A stretch of 64,000 bases of DNA from Deinococcota bacterium (lineage in GTDB: Bacteria > Deinococcota > Deinococci > Deinococcales > Thermaceae), in contig JBGFRI010000030.1 in assembly GCA_041695225.1 (NCBI GenBank), positions 59,025 through 123,024 on the forward strand, in the 5' to 3' direction. Within the stretch, counting starts at the first letter, position 1. Every line of letters begins with the position of its first letter. The translations under genes were made by a program, and so were the position numbers. The notes beneath the pieces are model-generated. The model was given only the letters and a program-made list of their open reading frames with translations. It searched no databases and was not told the origin of the DNA. This document shows, piece after piece, positions 1 to 9,372 of this stretch.

Positions 1-2
1 CC

Positions 3-872
3 CGGCCCCGAATCGGGCTGATACCCGGTGGGCTGGCCAACAGCCTGCTGGGCCTGAAGGGCGCGGAATGGGTGAGCCTCGAGAGGCCCGGACCGGCATC
101 GGGCCTGGATGGGGTGGCCGCCGATCTGCACATACCTCACCAGGCCGAGTGGGTGCGCTTTATGGCCGAGTGCAGCCTGTACCGGGTCCCCATATACCAC
201 GCGGCAGCGGTCTACGAACTGCTCACCGGCAAGGTTTCGCTGCCCCACCACTCCGAAGAGCTGATGGAGGCCATTCAGCTTCCACCGTTTTACCCTACCC
301 TAAAGCGCATGGTAGACCTGGCCGGCGTAGTGCTTTTGCTGCCCCTAATTCTACCAATGGCCGCAGTGTTGGCTGTGCTGATACGGCTGGAATCTGCCGG
401 GCCAGTGCTGTTTTTCCAGGAGCGCGTGGGACAGGGAGGCAGAACCTTCCGCATGGTAAAGTTTCGCAGCATGTACATGCAGGCCGATAACTCGGTGGCC
501 CGATTTGCCGACAATGGCGATGGCCGGGTTACCCGGGTTGGAAAGTGCCTGCGCAAGTTCCGGTTCGACGAGATTCCTCAGCTCTGGAATGTGCTCAAAG
601 GCGAGATGAGCATTGTCGGACCTCGCCCAGAGCAGGTCTGGTTTGCCCGGCAGTTCGAAGCCGAAATTCCTTTTTATGCCTACCGGCACCTGGTTAAGCC
701 TGGCATAACCGGCTGGGCCCAGGTTAATCAGGGCTATGCGGCCAACTCTACCGAGACCCGCGAAAAGCTTGCCTACGACCTCTTTTACATCAAGCACCTG
801 TCGCTGTGGCTCGACACCGCGATTTTACTCAAAACCATCCGAATTGTGCTCACCGGCTTTGGGGCTAGATAG
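3..872 (+). CDS. Polyprenyl-phosphate sugar transferase (WbaP/WcaJ family), 5' end outside the window
   Basis: Frame is open from position 3. Contains the Bac_transf motifs KFRSM, RFDEIPQLWNVLKGEMSIVGPRP, KPGITGWAQV and YDLFYI. Confidence 0.92.
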   Translation, partial: RPRIGLIPGGLANSLLGLKGAEWVSLERPGPASGLDGVAADLHIPHQAEWVRFMAECSLYRVPIYHAAAVYELLTGKVSLPHHSEELMEAIQLPPFYPTLKRMVDLAGVVLLLPLILPMAAVLAVLIRLESAGPVLFFQERVGQGGRTFRMVKFRSMYMQADNSVARFADNGDGRVTRVGKCLRKFRFDEIPQLWNVLKGEMSIVGPRPEQVWFARQFEAEIPFYAYRHLVKPGITGWAQVNQGYAANSTETREKLAYDLFYIKHLSLWLDTAILLKTIRIVLTGFGAR

Positions 873-2476
873 TGGTTCAACTGGTAAAAAAGCACAACCT
901 GTCGCGCATGGCTCTGGGCCTTCCCTTTCTGGCCCTAGCATTCTTCCCCGAGTTCTTTGCCCTGGCAGCTCTGGCAATTGTGCTATATCTGTGGCTGGTA
1001 AGGCGAGAGAAACCCCTGTGGCTGGGCTTCTTTATCGCCCAGGCGGTGCTGTGGTCGGCTGCCCACTGGCTGGCCGGCCAGCAGACCGAACCTGCGCCTA
1101 CCCCCAAAGCGGGGGAAACGGCAGCCCTGCGGAATCTGATTCCTGCGCACGGCTGGGCTGACCTCCACGGCTGGAACCCCCAGGACCAGGCTGGCCCCTG
1201 GGCAGTCCGGCAGCCCGATGGCTTCTGGCGTGTAGAACGCCGGCATCCTGCATCTGGCAGGCCGTTTGCAGAGATACGCTCGAGTCAGTTTTACCAGGTT
1301 GAAGCAGGCAGTACCCACACCCTGAGCTTCCTTTTCCGCCACGACGGTAGGCAGGTGTCATTCAGTCTCAATTTTTATACCCCTGGCTCTCCCCAGCCGG
1401 TTCCGGCCCATATCGCAGACCTGGGGGGCGGTCTTTACCGGGCCTATGCGACCTACCAGGCGCCTGAAGATGGGCAGATACGGGTTCCCAGCCTGGTGAA
1501 CCTGGAGGGGGACTGGAGCTACCTCGAGATTGGCTATGTCCAGCTCGAGCCTGGCCCGGTGGCCAATGCCTATGTCCCTCACCGGCCCCCGGAGCAAGAC
1601 TGGCTTAACGGTCTGGGCTGGGCCATCGGCACACCCCTGCTGGCCATGATAATACTGCAAGCTGGGCGCTTTTTGATTGCCGCCCTAGGGCCGGCCCGAG
1701 TGGCGTGGTTTCTACTGGCGGGGCTGGCCCTTCATGCTGCTTATGGCCTTTTTCAGTACCTGGCCGACCCCGCTCTGGCCCCAGCCAGGGTGATGGGGCA
1801 CGATCCCAACCCCAATCACTTTGGACATGCGGGCGTTGCAATGGCTCTGTTGATCGTACTGCTGGCAGGTTTTCGCACTGGAGTCTGGGCGGCAGTGGTG
1901 GCGGGCCTGATGGTCTTTCTGTCGGGCAGCAGAACCGCGCTGGTGGGCTGGATGCTGCTGGTAGCGTGGTTTGGCATTGGTTTTGCTCGCAGACTCACCG
2001 TCTTTCATCTGGCGCTGGTGGCTCTGGTGGGGGCTATCTTGCTGGGGTCGCAGATGCCCCGCTTTGCCGATTTGGCCGTAAATTTGACCGATCAAACCCG
2101 GTGGGTAATCTACTCCACCCTGTGGCAGGGCTTTTTATCGCAGCCCTGGTATGGAATGGGTATTGGCAGCATCCCGGCCTACTTTTTGCTAAACCGCCCC
2201 CCGGAGACCCTCGAGATCTATCTTCCTCACGCGCATAATGTGTACATCCAGCTTCTGGCCGAGCTGGGCCTGCTGGGCTTGCTCGGGTTTGTGCTGGTAC
2301 TGGCTAAGGTGGCGCAGCTTTTCTGGCAGGCCCGGGCCTGGCAAGCATTCCTGGCGCTTGGCATCGTGCTGAGCATGAACCTTTTTGACAACACCCTGTT
2401 CTATGCAGGTGTATATTACAGTGTCTGGCTGATGGTAGCAGCGGCACATGTTCAACTTGATAGGATGACAAGATGA
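872..2476 (+). CDS. O-antigen ligase/polymerase (Wzy_C/WaaL) family membrane protein with an extra soluble beta-rich domain
   Basis: Multiple TM segments and the motifs NPNHFG, SGSRTAL, PWYGMG and HAHNVYIQLLAELG. Lies in a polysaccharide operon. Confidence 0.8.
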   Translation: MVQLVKKHNLSRMALGLPFLALAFFPEFFALAALAIVLYLWLVRREKPLWLGFFIAQAVLWSAAHWLAGQQTEPAPTPKAGETAALRNLIPAHGWADLHGWNPQDQAGPWAVRQPDGFWRVERRHPASGRPFAEIRSSQFYQVEAGSTHTLSFLFRHDGRQVSFSLNFYTPGSPQPVPAHIADLGGGLYRAYATYQAPEDGQIRVPSLVNLEGDWSYLEIGYVQLEPGPVANAYVPHRPPEQDWLNGLGWAIGTPLLAMIILQAGRFLIAALGPARVAWFLLAGLALHAAYGLFQYLADPALAPARVMGHDPNPNHFGHAGVAMALLIVLLAGFRTGVWAAVVAGLMVFLSGSRTALVGWMLLVAWFGIGFARRLTVFHLALVALVGAILLGSQMPRFADLAVNLTDQTRWVIYSTLWQGFLSQPWYGMGIGSIPAYFLLNRPPETLEIYLPHAHNVYIQLLAELGLLGLLGFVLVLAKVAQLFWQARAWQAFLALGIVLSMNLFDNTLFYAGVYYSVWLMVAAAHVQLDRMTR

Positions 2477-3483
2477 ACCCGCAGACCCAACCTCCAGCCG
2501 ACGAGATAACTCTTCGGGAGTTATACCTGCTCTTTAAGAAGTGGAGCCTGACCATTCTGGCAATCGCTCTGGGATCGGCAGTGCTGGCCTTTACGGTAAG
2601 CCAGCTACTGCCCCGAACCTACACCAGCCAGGTTGTGGTCAGCCTGAGTCTGGTAGGCCAGCCCAACCAGGGCTTGCGCAGCGATCAAGACTTACGTAAC
2701 AACCAGGGCTTGCTCCCGGACCAAGTCTTGCTCAACAACCGACCTTCGCTGCCCGGGCTGGCCCAGGGCTTTGTGGATCTACAAAACACCCGGCTAATGG
2801 CCGAGAAGCTCGAGGTTGCCGACCCCACCCAGTTTTACAGCGTTCGATTTGACGAAAAGCGCGGACTACTTCTTCTTACAGCCCAGGGCCAGACCGCAGC
2901 CGAGGCCAAGGCCCGGGCTGAGCGTATCCTTGTTGTGGCACGCGAATATCTGGAGAATAAGATTGCCGAGGCTGTGCGTTCCAATATTCGTGCCGCCCAG
3001 GCCCAGGCCCAGATAAACCTGCGGGCTGCCCAAGACGGGCTTAGGGGCATACAGGCACAGCTTCGGACTGAGCCAGACCTGGTGGCTGTGAACCCAGCCC
3101 TGGTTGCTGCACTTGTAGCTCGTGGCAGTGATCCTCAGGCTGTACGACCGGTCAACCCAGCCTTCACCAGCCTTAGCCTCGACGAGTCGCGCCTGCGCTC
3201 CCAGATTGCCCAACTCGAGCCCCGCATCAATTTGCTGACTGAATTCTTGCAGCAACCTGAGCGCATCGGTCAGCTAGTGAGCCAGGCTCTGCTGATACAG
3301 GTGCTGGTACCACCGGCAGAGCCGCTTGGCCCTACCTCTCCCCGGCCATTGCTTTTTGCGGTTATTGGCGGGGTTTTGGGGCTGTTGCTCGGGGTTCTGT
3401 GGGCTTCTGTGGCCGAGGCCATCCGGCCCCGCCAGGCCGAGCTGGTGCGTCAGCCAGCGGTGGCCGAGTCTGCCCGTGAGTGA
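2473..3483 (+). CDS. Wzz-type polysaccharide chain-length determinant
   Basis: N-terminal DEITLRELY plus a TM helix, central coiled coil, Pro-rich PPAEP..SPRP before a C-terminal TM. ATGA overlap with the upstream gene. Confidence 0.82.
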   Translation: MNPQTQPPADEITLRELYLLFKKWSLTILAIALGSAVLAFTVSQLLPRTYTSQVVVSLSLVGQPNQGLRSDQDLRNNQGLLPDQVLLNNRPSLPGLAQGFVDLQNTRLMAEKLEVADPTQFYSVRFDEKRGLLLLTAQGQTAAEAKARAERILVVAREYLENKIAEAVRSNIRAAQAQAQINLRAAQDGLRGIQAQLRTEPDLVAVNPALVAALVARGSDPQAVRPVNPAFTSLSLDESRLRSQIAQLEPRINLLTEFLQQPERIGQLVSQALLIQVLVPPAEPLGPTSPRPLLFAVIGGVLGLLLGVLWASVAEAIRPRQAELVRQPAVAESARE

Positions 3484-3488
3484 AGCTA

Positions 3489-3625
3489 CTTAGCGCCACG
3501 CGCTGTCGAAAGCCGAAGGTCAAAGGTCTAGAGCATTGCTGGTGGCCTTCGACTTTCGACCTTTGACATTTCTTATTAGCGCTACGCGCTGTCGAAAGCC
3601 GAAGGTCAAAGGTCTAAAGCATTAG
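3489..3625. repeat. Two ~50-bp direct copies (TTAGCGCYACGCGCTGTCGAAAGCCGAAGGTCAAAGGTCTARAGCATT) built from heptamer units
   Basis: Copies start near 3490 and 3576, with inverted heptamers (TTCGACT TTCGACC TTTGAC) between them. Confidence 0.85.
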
Positions 3626-3694
3626 TAGCAACGGCCCATAAAGTTAAAGTACTCTGTGAGAGGTTGTGGGTCTTTAGTAGTTTTGAGGTGAGTT

Positions 3695-5092
3695 ATGGTC
3701 GCGGTTATTCTTTCCGGTGGGGCCGGCACGCGCTTGTGGCCGGTCTCGAGGGAGCTTTACCCCAAACCTTTCATGAAGCTGCCGGATGGGCAGAGTCTGC
3801 TGCAAAAAGCTTTTCTGCGTGCGGCCGGAGTAGGGGCTTCTCAGGTGCTCACGGTTATCGGCCAGGAATACTATTTCGGTGCGGACCACGAGTACCGGGC
3901 TCTGGGGCTGCCGGAGGTAGAGACTTCTTTCATTTTGGAACCGCTGCGCCGCAACACCGCGCCGGCCATCGCCATGGCGGCCTTGTGGGTGGCCGAGCAG
4001 AACCCCGACCAGGCGATGCTGGTGCTCTCGGCGGACCATCAGATATTGCACCAGGAGGTCTTTGCCCAGGCCGTAGCACACGCCCAGCTGGTTGCCGGGC
4101 AAGGGTACCTGGTAACTTTTGGCGTCCGGCCCACCTACCCTGCTACCAATTTTGGCTACATTGAACAGGGAACCCCGCTGAGCGAGTCTGTTTATCGAGT
4201 AGCTCGCTTTGTGGAAAAGCCCAGCCGCGATACGGCCCAGAGCTACCTGGAGACCGGGCGGCACTACTGGAATGCCGGCATCTTCTGCTTCAAAGCCGCG
4301 GCCTACCTGGAAGCCCTGCAAGAGTTACAGCCGCAGATGTACCAGGCCGTGCTGGACTGCTGGCGTGGCGCCGAAAAGGGTAGGGTCACCTATCTGGATG
4401 CCGCCCTGTTCAAAAAAGTGCCCGGCGAGTCGGTGGACTATGCCGTGATGGAGAGGGCCGAGCGAGTAGCGGTGGTGCCCGCCGACCTGGGCTGGAGCGA
4501 CCTGGGCTCCTGGGATGCCGCCGCCGAGCTGGTGCCCCCCGATGCCCAGGGCAACCGGGTGTTTGGCCAGGCGGTGCTGCTCGAGACCAGCAACACCTTT
4601 GTCCAGACCGAAGACCGGCTGGTAGCGGTAATTGCCGCCAACGACCTGGTGATTGTGGATACCCGCGACGCCCTGCTGGTGGCCCGGCGCGACAAGGTGC
4701 AGGAGGTGAAAAAGGTGGTAGAACAGCTCGCCCAGCAAAACCACCACACGGTGCTGCGCCACCGCACCATCCAGCGCCCCTGGGGCAGCTATGTGACGCT
4801 GGAAGAGACCAGTGGCTTCAAAATTCGGCGGGTGGTGGTCAGGCCCGGTCAGGCCCTCTCTAACCACCTGCACCATCACCGCAGCGAACACTGGACGGTG
4901 CTGGCCGGCACGGCCCAGGTCTGGATAGATGGCCGGGTGCAGATGCTAAGGCACGGTGAGTCGGCCAGCGCGCTGGCCGGGGTGGGGCATCAGCTTGTGA
5001 ACCCGGGGTTGCTGGACCTGGTTCTGATCGAGGTGCAGACCGGGGAGTATCTGGGTGAAGATGACGCCAGACGGCTGGACAGCCATGTTTGA
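3695..5092 (+). CDS. manC: Mannose-1-phosphate guanylyltransferase / mannose-6-phosphate isomerase
   Basis: Motifs GGAGTRLWPVSR, RNTAPA, FVEKP, WNAGIF, WSDLGSW and a C-terminal cupin (RPWG, HHHRSEHW). Confidence 0.95.
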   Translation: MVAVILSGGAGTRLWPVSRELYPKPFMKLPDGQSLLQKAFLRAAGVGASQVLTVIGQEYYFGADHEYRALGLPEVETSFILEPLRRNTAPAIAMAALWVAEQNPDQAMLVLSADHQILHQEVFAQAVAHAQLVAGQGYLVTFGVRPTYPATNFGYIEQGTPLSESVYRVARFVEKPSRDTAQSYLETGRHYWNAGIFCFKAAAYLEALQELQPQMYQAVLDCWRGAEKGRVTYLDAALFKKVPGESVDYAVMERAERVAVVPADLGWSDLGSWDAAAELVPPDAQGNRVFGQAVLLETSNTFVQTEDRLVAVIAANDLVIVDTRDALLVARRDKVQEVKKVVEQLAQQNHHTVLRHRTIQRPWGSYVTLEETSGFKIRRVVVRPGQALSNHLHHHRSEHWTVLAGTAQVWIDGRVQMLRHGESASALAGVGHQLVNPGLLDLVLIEVQTGEYLGEDDARRLDSHV

Positions 5093-5263
5093 TCAAGACT
5101 TAGAACGCGTCCCAACAACGCGGTTGGACCCTCCGCAAGCTCCCAACAATGCCCAGCCCCAGGCCCTCGAACGGCTCAGAGCTATCCCAGCGCCAGCGCC
5201 CAGAAACAAGTACCCCCAAGGCTAAAGCCGCCTTTTTGCCACCCTCGAGGCGTGGCCAAAGGA

Positions 5264-5311
5264 GCCTGCCCTGAGCCTTGCCCTGAGCCTGCCGAAGGGT
5301 TGCCGAAGGGG
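5264..5311. repeat. CCTGAGCCTGYCGAAGG-family short repeat
   Basis: GCCTGCCCTGAGCCTTGCCCTGAGCCTGCCGAAGGG. Related copies near 33677, 36997, 45446, 45774 and 57445. Confidence 0.75.
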
Positions 5312-5481
5312 AGGCAATCCAGATCGCCGCAGCAGCCAGAGTGCTTTGTGCCCCTCCCTCCTCTTTATTGTCTACCTCTATGCGGAGTTCTTCCTTTATA
5401 CGACGACGGAGGAGCTACTGGACTGCCCCTGATGGCGGAACGGGGTCTGAGTCCTCGTCATGACGGAAGTGTGGGTACGTC

Positions 5482-5584
5482 GTCATTGCGAGCGGAGCGA
5501 AGCAATCCAGATCACTCCGTCGGCCAATGCTCTTATGATACCCTCCTGGATTGCTTCGTCGGCCTGTGGCCTCCTCACAACGAC
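5482..5584. repeat. REP/MITE-like palindromic element (GTCATTGCGAG..CGAAGCAATCCAG / CTGGATTGCTTCG..AACGAC family)
   Basis: Inverted arms CGAAGCAATCCAG and CTGGATTGCTTCG. Relatives at 10782, 10990, 15415, 36910 and 45410. Confidence 0.8.
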
Positions 5585-5686
5585 AACACTAGGGTTAAAT
5601 GACGCCAGAGGCGCCGTGGCTCGCCACGCTCACACCCCCTCACCCGGCCCCTTTCACAAGGGGAGAGGCGAGTTTCCGAACGCCCT

Positions 5687-7051
5687 CTAACATTCCGAAC
5701 ATGCAAACCGCCCGATCAGGCTTTCCAGTTCAGCCACACGGCGGCTTACGGCTTCGGCATCGGCGCGGGTCTCGAGGTTAAGCCGCAGCAGCGGTTCGGT
5801 GTTGGAAGCGCGCAGGTTGAACCGCCAGTCGGAAAACTCGAGGCTAATGCCGTCGGTGCGGTCGAGCTTTGGGTTTAGTGGTGCGTAGTGGGCCAGCACC
5901 TGCTCGATAACCGGCTCCACCGCTTTGACCCGGTAGTTAATCTCCCCACTGCACGGGAAAGCGGCCATGCGCTCGTCTACGAGTTGCGCCAGGGTTCGGC
6001 CGGTGCGGCAGAGGTGTTGGGCGATAAGCAGCCAGGGGATCATACCGCTATCGCAGTAGGCAAAATTGCGAAAGTAGTGGTGCGCGCTCATCTCGCCACC
6101 ATACAGCGCGTCCTCGAGCCGCATACGCTCTTTGATGAAGGCATGGCCGGTCTTGGATTGAACAGGCACCCCACCCGCGGCCTGCACCAGCTGGATGGTG
6201 TTCCAGGTCAGGCGCGGGTCGTGGATGACTTTTGCACCCGGGTGTCTGGCCAGCATCACTTCGGCTAGCAGGCCGACCAGGTAATAGCCTTCAATGAAAC
6301 GGCCGCTGGCGTCAAAGAAAAAGCAGCGGTCGAAATCGCCGTCCCAGGCCATGCCTAAATCGGCGCCGTGTTCGACCACGGCCCGGGCGGTGGTGGCGCG
6401 CATTTCAGGCAAGAGGGGGTTGGGTGCGCCGCCCGGAAAGTTGCCGTCGGGGTCGCCCCGAATCAGTATGAGATCAAAGGGCAGATGCTCTTGCAACATA
6501 CGGATGACTGGGCCTGCGCAGCCGTTGCCAGGGTCGGCTACAATTTTAAGGGGCTTAAGGGCGGCCAGATCCAGGTAGGTCAGCAGATGCGCAATATAGG
6601 CAGTTTTATCGGTATCCAGGTACACATTGCCGAGCCGCTCCCCAGAGATAGCGTCTGCAAGGGTGACGGCATCGCGGATAGCAGACAAACCAGTATCGCT
6701 GCTAATGGGGCTGGCGCCGTGGCCCACCAGTTTCATCCCGTTGTATCCTTTGGGATTGTGGCTGGCGGTGACCATGATGCCGCCGTCCGTCTGCCGGTGG
6801 AAGGTGCCGAAATACACTTCTTCCGTGCCACACAGGCCAATATCGATGACATCGGCGCCGGCCTCGGTGATGCCCTGGACGAGCGCTGCCGACAAAGATG
6901 GGCTTTCCAGGCGGGCATCACGACCAACCAGCACTGAACGAGCCCCACGCTGGGCCACAAACGCCCGGCCAATGCGCCAGGCAATTTCTTCATTTAGTTC
7001 GTCCGGAACGCGGCCACGAATGTCGTAGGCTTTGAAACAGCTAAGGCCCAT
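5687..7051 (-). CDS. manB: Phosphomannomutase (CpsG/ManB type)
   Basis: Motifs FKAYDIRG, TASHNP (phospho-Ser), DGDFDR (metal loop), GEMSAHHYF and RASNTEP. Confidence 0.95.
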   Translation of the reverse strand: MGLSCFKAYDIRGRVPDELNEEIAWRIGRAFVAQRGARSVLVGRDARLESPSLSAALVQGITEAGADVIDIGLCGTEEVYFGTFHRQTDGGIMVTASHNPKGYNGMKLVGHGASPISSDTGLSAIRDAVTLADAISGERLGNVYLDTDKTAYIAHLLTYLDLAALKPLKIVADPGNGCAGPVIRMLQEHLPFDLILIRGDPDGNFPGGAPNPLLPEMRATTARAVVEHGADLGMAWDGDFDRCFFFDASGRFIEGYYLVGLLAEVMLARHPGAKVIHDPRLTWNTIQLVQAAGGVPVQSKTGHAFIKERMRLEDALYGGEMSAHHYFRNFAYCDSGMIPWLLIAQHLCRTGRTLAQLVDERMAAFPCSGEINYRVKAVEPVIEQVLAHYAPLNPKLDRTDGISLEFSDWRFNLRASNTEPLLRLNLETRADAEAVSRRVAELESLIGRFACSEC

Positions 7052-7128
7052 GGCTTCATGCTCCCTTTCTGTGACCAGTTTATTGTGACTTTGCTAAACG
7101 CGACGCCACAGCTAGTTCACGCGCCATC

Positions 7129-7214
7129 ACATAACGTTGGCTCTGCTTTGAGCGATCTTCGGGTGTTTCATGGGAACGAATCACTCGCCAGCCCACAGCA
7201 GGAAATTGTTAGAA
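7129..7214 (-). other. 86-bp imperfect palindrome with integron attC-like architecture
   Basis: On the minus strand: TTCTAAC, spacer, CTGCTGTGGGC ... GCTCAAAGCAG, spacer, GTTATGT, plus an inner stem. Homologous to the hairpins at 8106 and 9312. Confidence 0.5.
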
Positions 7215-7330
7215 TCAGATAGGTCGTTCATCATCGATTTTGTGAGTTTACTTATCGCCGCTACATCACAATTTTCAGCCAAACCTCTTGAGCACATTTG
7301 ACCCAAACTCCTCAATAAATGATGGGCCGG

Positions 7331-7744
7331 CTAGCCATGCGCCACCCCGCCAAATCTTGACTTTAACTTACTGAAGTAAATCTCCTCAATCGGCTGGTAA
7401 TCGAAGTATTCCTGCACAACTGCCGCGGTAAACTCTTTCCTGGAGGTAGGGTGCTTGTCCAGCAATATGCGGCCTGATTTTACGATCTGATGTTTAAGAT
7501 AAGTGGGTGCAGAATTTAAAATGACTATATCAACGCTGCGCCGGGAGAAAGAAGGTGAGGCATTATAAAACTCGGTTTTTAAGATCTCGGTTTCTGTTAG
7601 GTTTTCTTTTGCAAGCAGTACCGCTATGTCAATATCGCTGTCGGTTTTCTCAAAAGGGGTATCAAAAGACCCGAACAGATAAAGGGCCACCACCTCGGGC
7701 CTTTTCCCAAAATAGCCAGCTATTCTCTCTATTTCCGCTCTCAT
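7331..7744 (-). CDS. mntA: Minimal nucleotidyltransferase (MntA-type antitoxin), no intact HEPN partner
   Basis: Motifs LYLFGS, SDIDIAV and VDIVILN. AT-rich coding sequence. ATG at 7744 with a GGAG RBS. Confidence 0.85.
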   Translation of the reverse strand: MRAEIERIAGYFGKRPEVVALYLFGSFDTPFEKTDSDIDIAVLLAKENLTETEILKTEFYNASPSFSRRSVDIVILNSAPTYLKHQIVKSGRILLDKHPTSRKEFTAAVVQEYFDYQPIEEIYFSKLKSRFGGVAHG

Positions 7745-7802
7745 ATCGAGACTCCTATTCCAGCAGCTTAATCCAGACCGCAAATGATACCACTCATTGC
7801 TA

Positions 7803-8166
7803 CCACCCCAAGCCTACCCCTTGGCCTTCAGATATTCTTCCACACCCCAGCCACGCTTCGCCTTCCGGCCATACCTCGGGGAGCCCGAGGCAGATGGACC
7901 GGTTGCAGTTTTTGGCTCAAAGGAAACCCTCACCCTAAAGAATGAAGCAGGCAAAGCGCCGACCAGTCAAGTGATTATGGTACGCTTTCGGGCCAAACCA
8001 CCTGCCTCCTGACTCACTATTGCTTTGGGTCTTCGATCACACTTGCACCGGGTTTAACCAACAAAGAGCAAATGAAGAGCCCGGGCTTATGCTCGCCTAT
8101 TTTCGGTAATTCAGCTAAAGCGATCTTCGTGTGCATCTGGGGAACGACTTTGTAGCCTGTCCAGGG
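7803..8166. repeat. 364-bp direct repeat, copy A
   Basis: Matches 9009-9372 at offset 1206 bp; only one mismatch noticed (TTTGTAG vs TTTTTAG). Confidence 0.97.
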
Positions 8167-8345
8167 AAGCAATCGCTTGAATTACTAATGGCGTTCATAG
8201 TTGAATTTGTAGGCTCACTCATCACCGGCCTGTCAAGTCTACCATGGGGTTCTTAAGTAATACTCCGCCCCCAGCCAAGCCTCGCCATGGATGTGCATCC
8301 CCGCCGGGCTTCAGCCGTAACGCCCGCCTGCAGGTGCTTGCGACC

Positions 8346-8720
8346 TTACTCCTTCAGGTCACTTGAAATCCGGATGACAACCTCTTTCATAGTAGGAATA
8401 TGCTCTGCGCATACAGTAAATACCGTCTCGGCATCAATGTCAAAGTAGTGATGGGTTATGATATCTCTCATCCCTTTTGCCTTTTTCCAATCCATTTCAG
8501 GATAATCTGCCAGTAGCTTGGCGCCGGTGATTTTGTCTAGCTGCTTCAGCGCCTCGCCAATATTGATCAGTTGCATGCAGATGCTGTCGAGTTTCTCAAG
8601 GCCACGGTCGTCTTTTGTGAAATCATTGCTCGTTCTTATGCCTTGGAATCTTTTAGATATCTGGTCTAGCGACCAGGTAATATTTTTCAAGATATCTGTG
8701 ACAAGTTCCTTGTCATACAT
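8346..8720 (-). CDS. hepT: HEPN ribonuclease toxin (HepT/DUF86)
   Basis: Motifs LINIGEA and WKKAKGMRDIITHHY (RX4H followed by Y). Overlaps the stop of the upstream MNT gene. Confidence 0.9.
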   Translation of the reverse strand: MYDKELVTDILKNITWSLDQISKRFQGIRTSNDFTKDDRGLEKLDSICMQLINIGEALKQLDKITGAKLLADYPEMDWKKAKGMRDIITHHYFDIDAETVFTVCAEHIPTMKEVVIRISSDLKE

Positions 8721-9003
8721 AAGTTGCATCCCGTTCTATCCTTCGTCTTAGAGCTTCATTCATGCCGTCCCTAAGCCTTACAACATCAACTTTGCAGTCA
8801 AAAGCCTCCTCAACCATTTGTTTTATGCCTATCAGGCAAAACAGGTCAGGTTTTTCAAGCTCGACCACAATATCAATATCACTCTCCTCTCGAACCTCAC
8901 CTCTAGCAAAACTGCCAAAAATACCAATCTTTTTAGCCCCGAACTTTTGTTCAAACTCGTCCCTGTGCCCAGAAATAAAGTTTATGATGTCTTCCCTAGT
9001 CAT
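8713..9003 (-). CDS. Minimal nucleotidyltransferase (MNT) antitoxin
   Basis: IGIFGSFARGE..SDIDIVVE..KVDVV, about 96 aa, coupled to the HEPN gene. Confidence 0.9.
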   Translation of the reverse strand: MTREDIINFISGHRDEFEQKFGAKKIGIFGSFARGEVREESDIDIVVELEKPDLFCLIGIKQMVEEAFDCKVDVVRLRDGMNEALRRRIERDATYV

Positions 9004-9008
9004 CGTCG

Positions 9009-9372
9009 CCACCCCAAGCCTACCCCTTGGCCTTCAGATATTCTTCCACACCCCAGCCACGCTTCGCCTTCCGGCCATACCTCGGGGAGCCCGAGGCAGA
9101 TGGACCGGTTGCAGTTTTTGGCTCAAAGGAAACCCTCACCCTAAAGAATGAAGCAGGCAAAGCGCCGACCAGTCAAGTGATTATGGTACGCTTTCGGGCC
9201 AAACCACCTGCCTCCTGACTCACTATTGCTTTGGGTCTTCGATCACACTTGCACCGGGTTTAACCAACAAAGAGCAAATGAAGAGCCCGGGCTTATGCTC
9301 GCCTATTTTCGGTAATTCAGCTAAAGCGATCTTCGTGTGCATCTGGGGAACGACTTTTTAGCCTGTCCAGGG
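9009..9372. repeat. 364-bp direct repeat, copy B
   Basis: Near-identical to 7803-8166. Confidence 0.97.

Noticed and set aside
5252..5781. Short ORFs between manC and manB
   Set aside because: They are translations of repeat elements and do not look like proteins.
7797..8012. 71-aa and 63-aa plus-strand ORFs inside the 364-bp repeat (also 9027-9218)
   Set aside because: TTG starts, no RBS and no recognisable motif. Their identity only reflects the DNA duplication.
7803..9372. The 364-bp repeat as an IS or composite transposon
   Set aside because: No transposase frame, terminal inverted repeats or target duplication seen.
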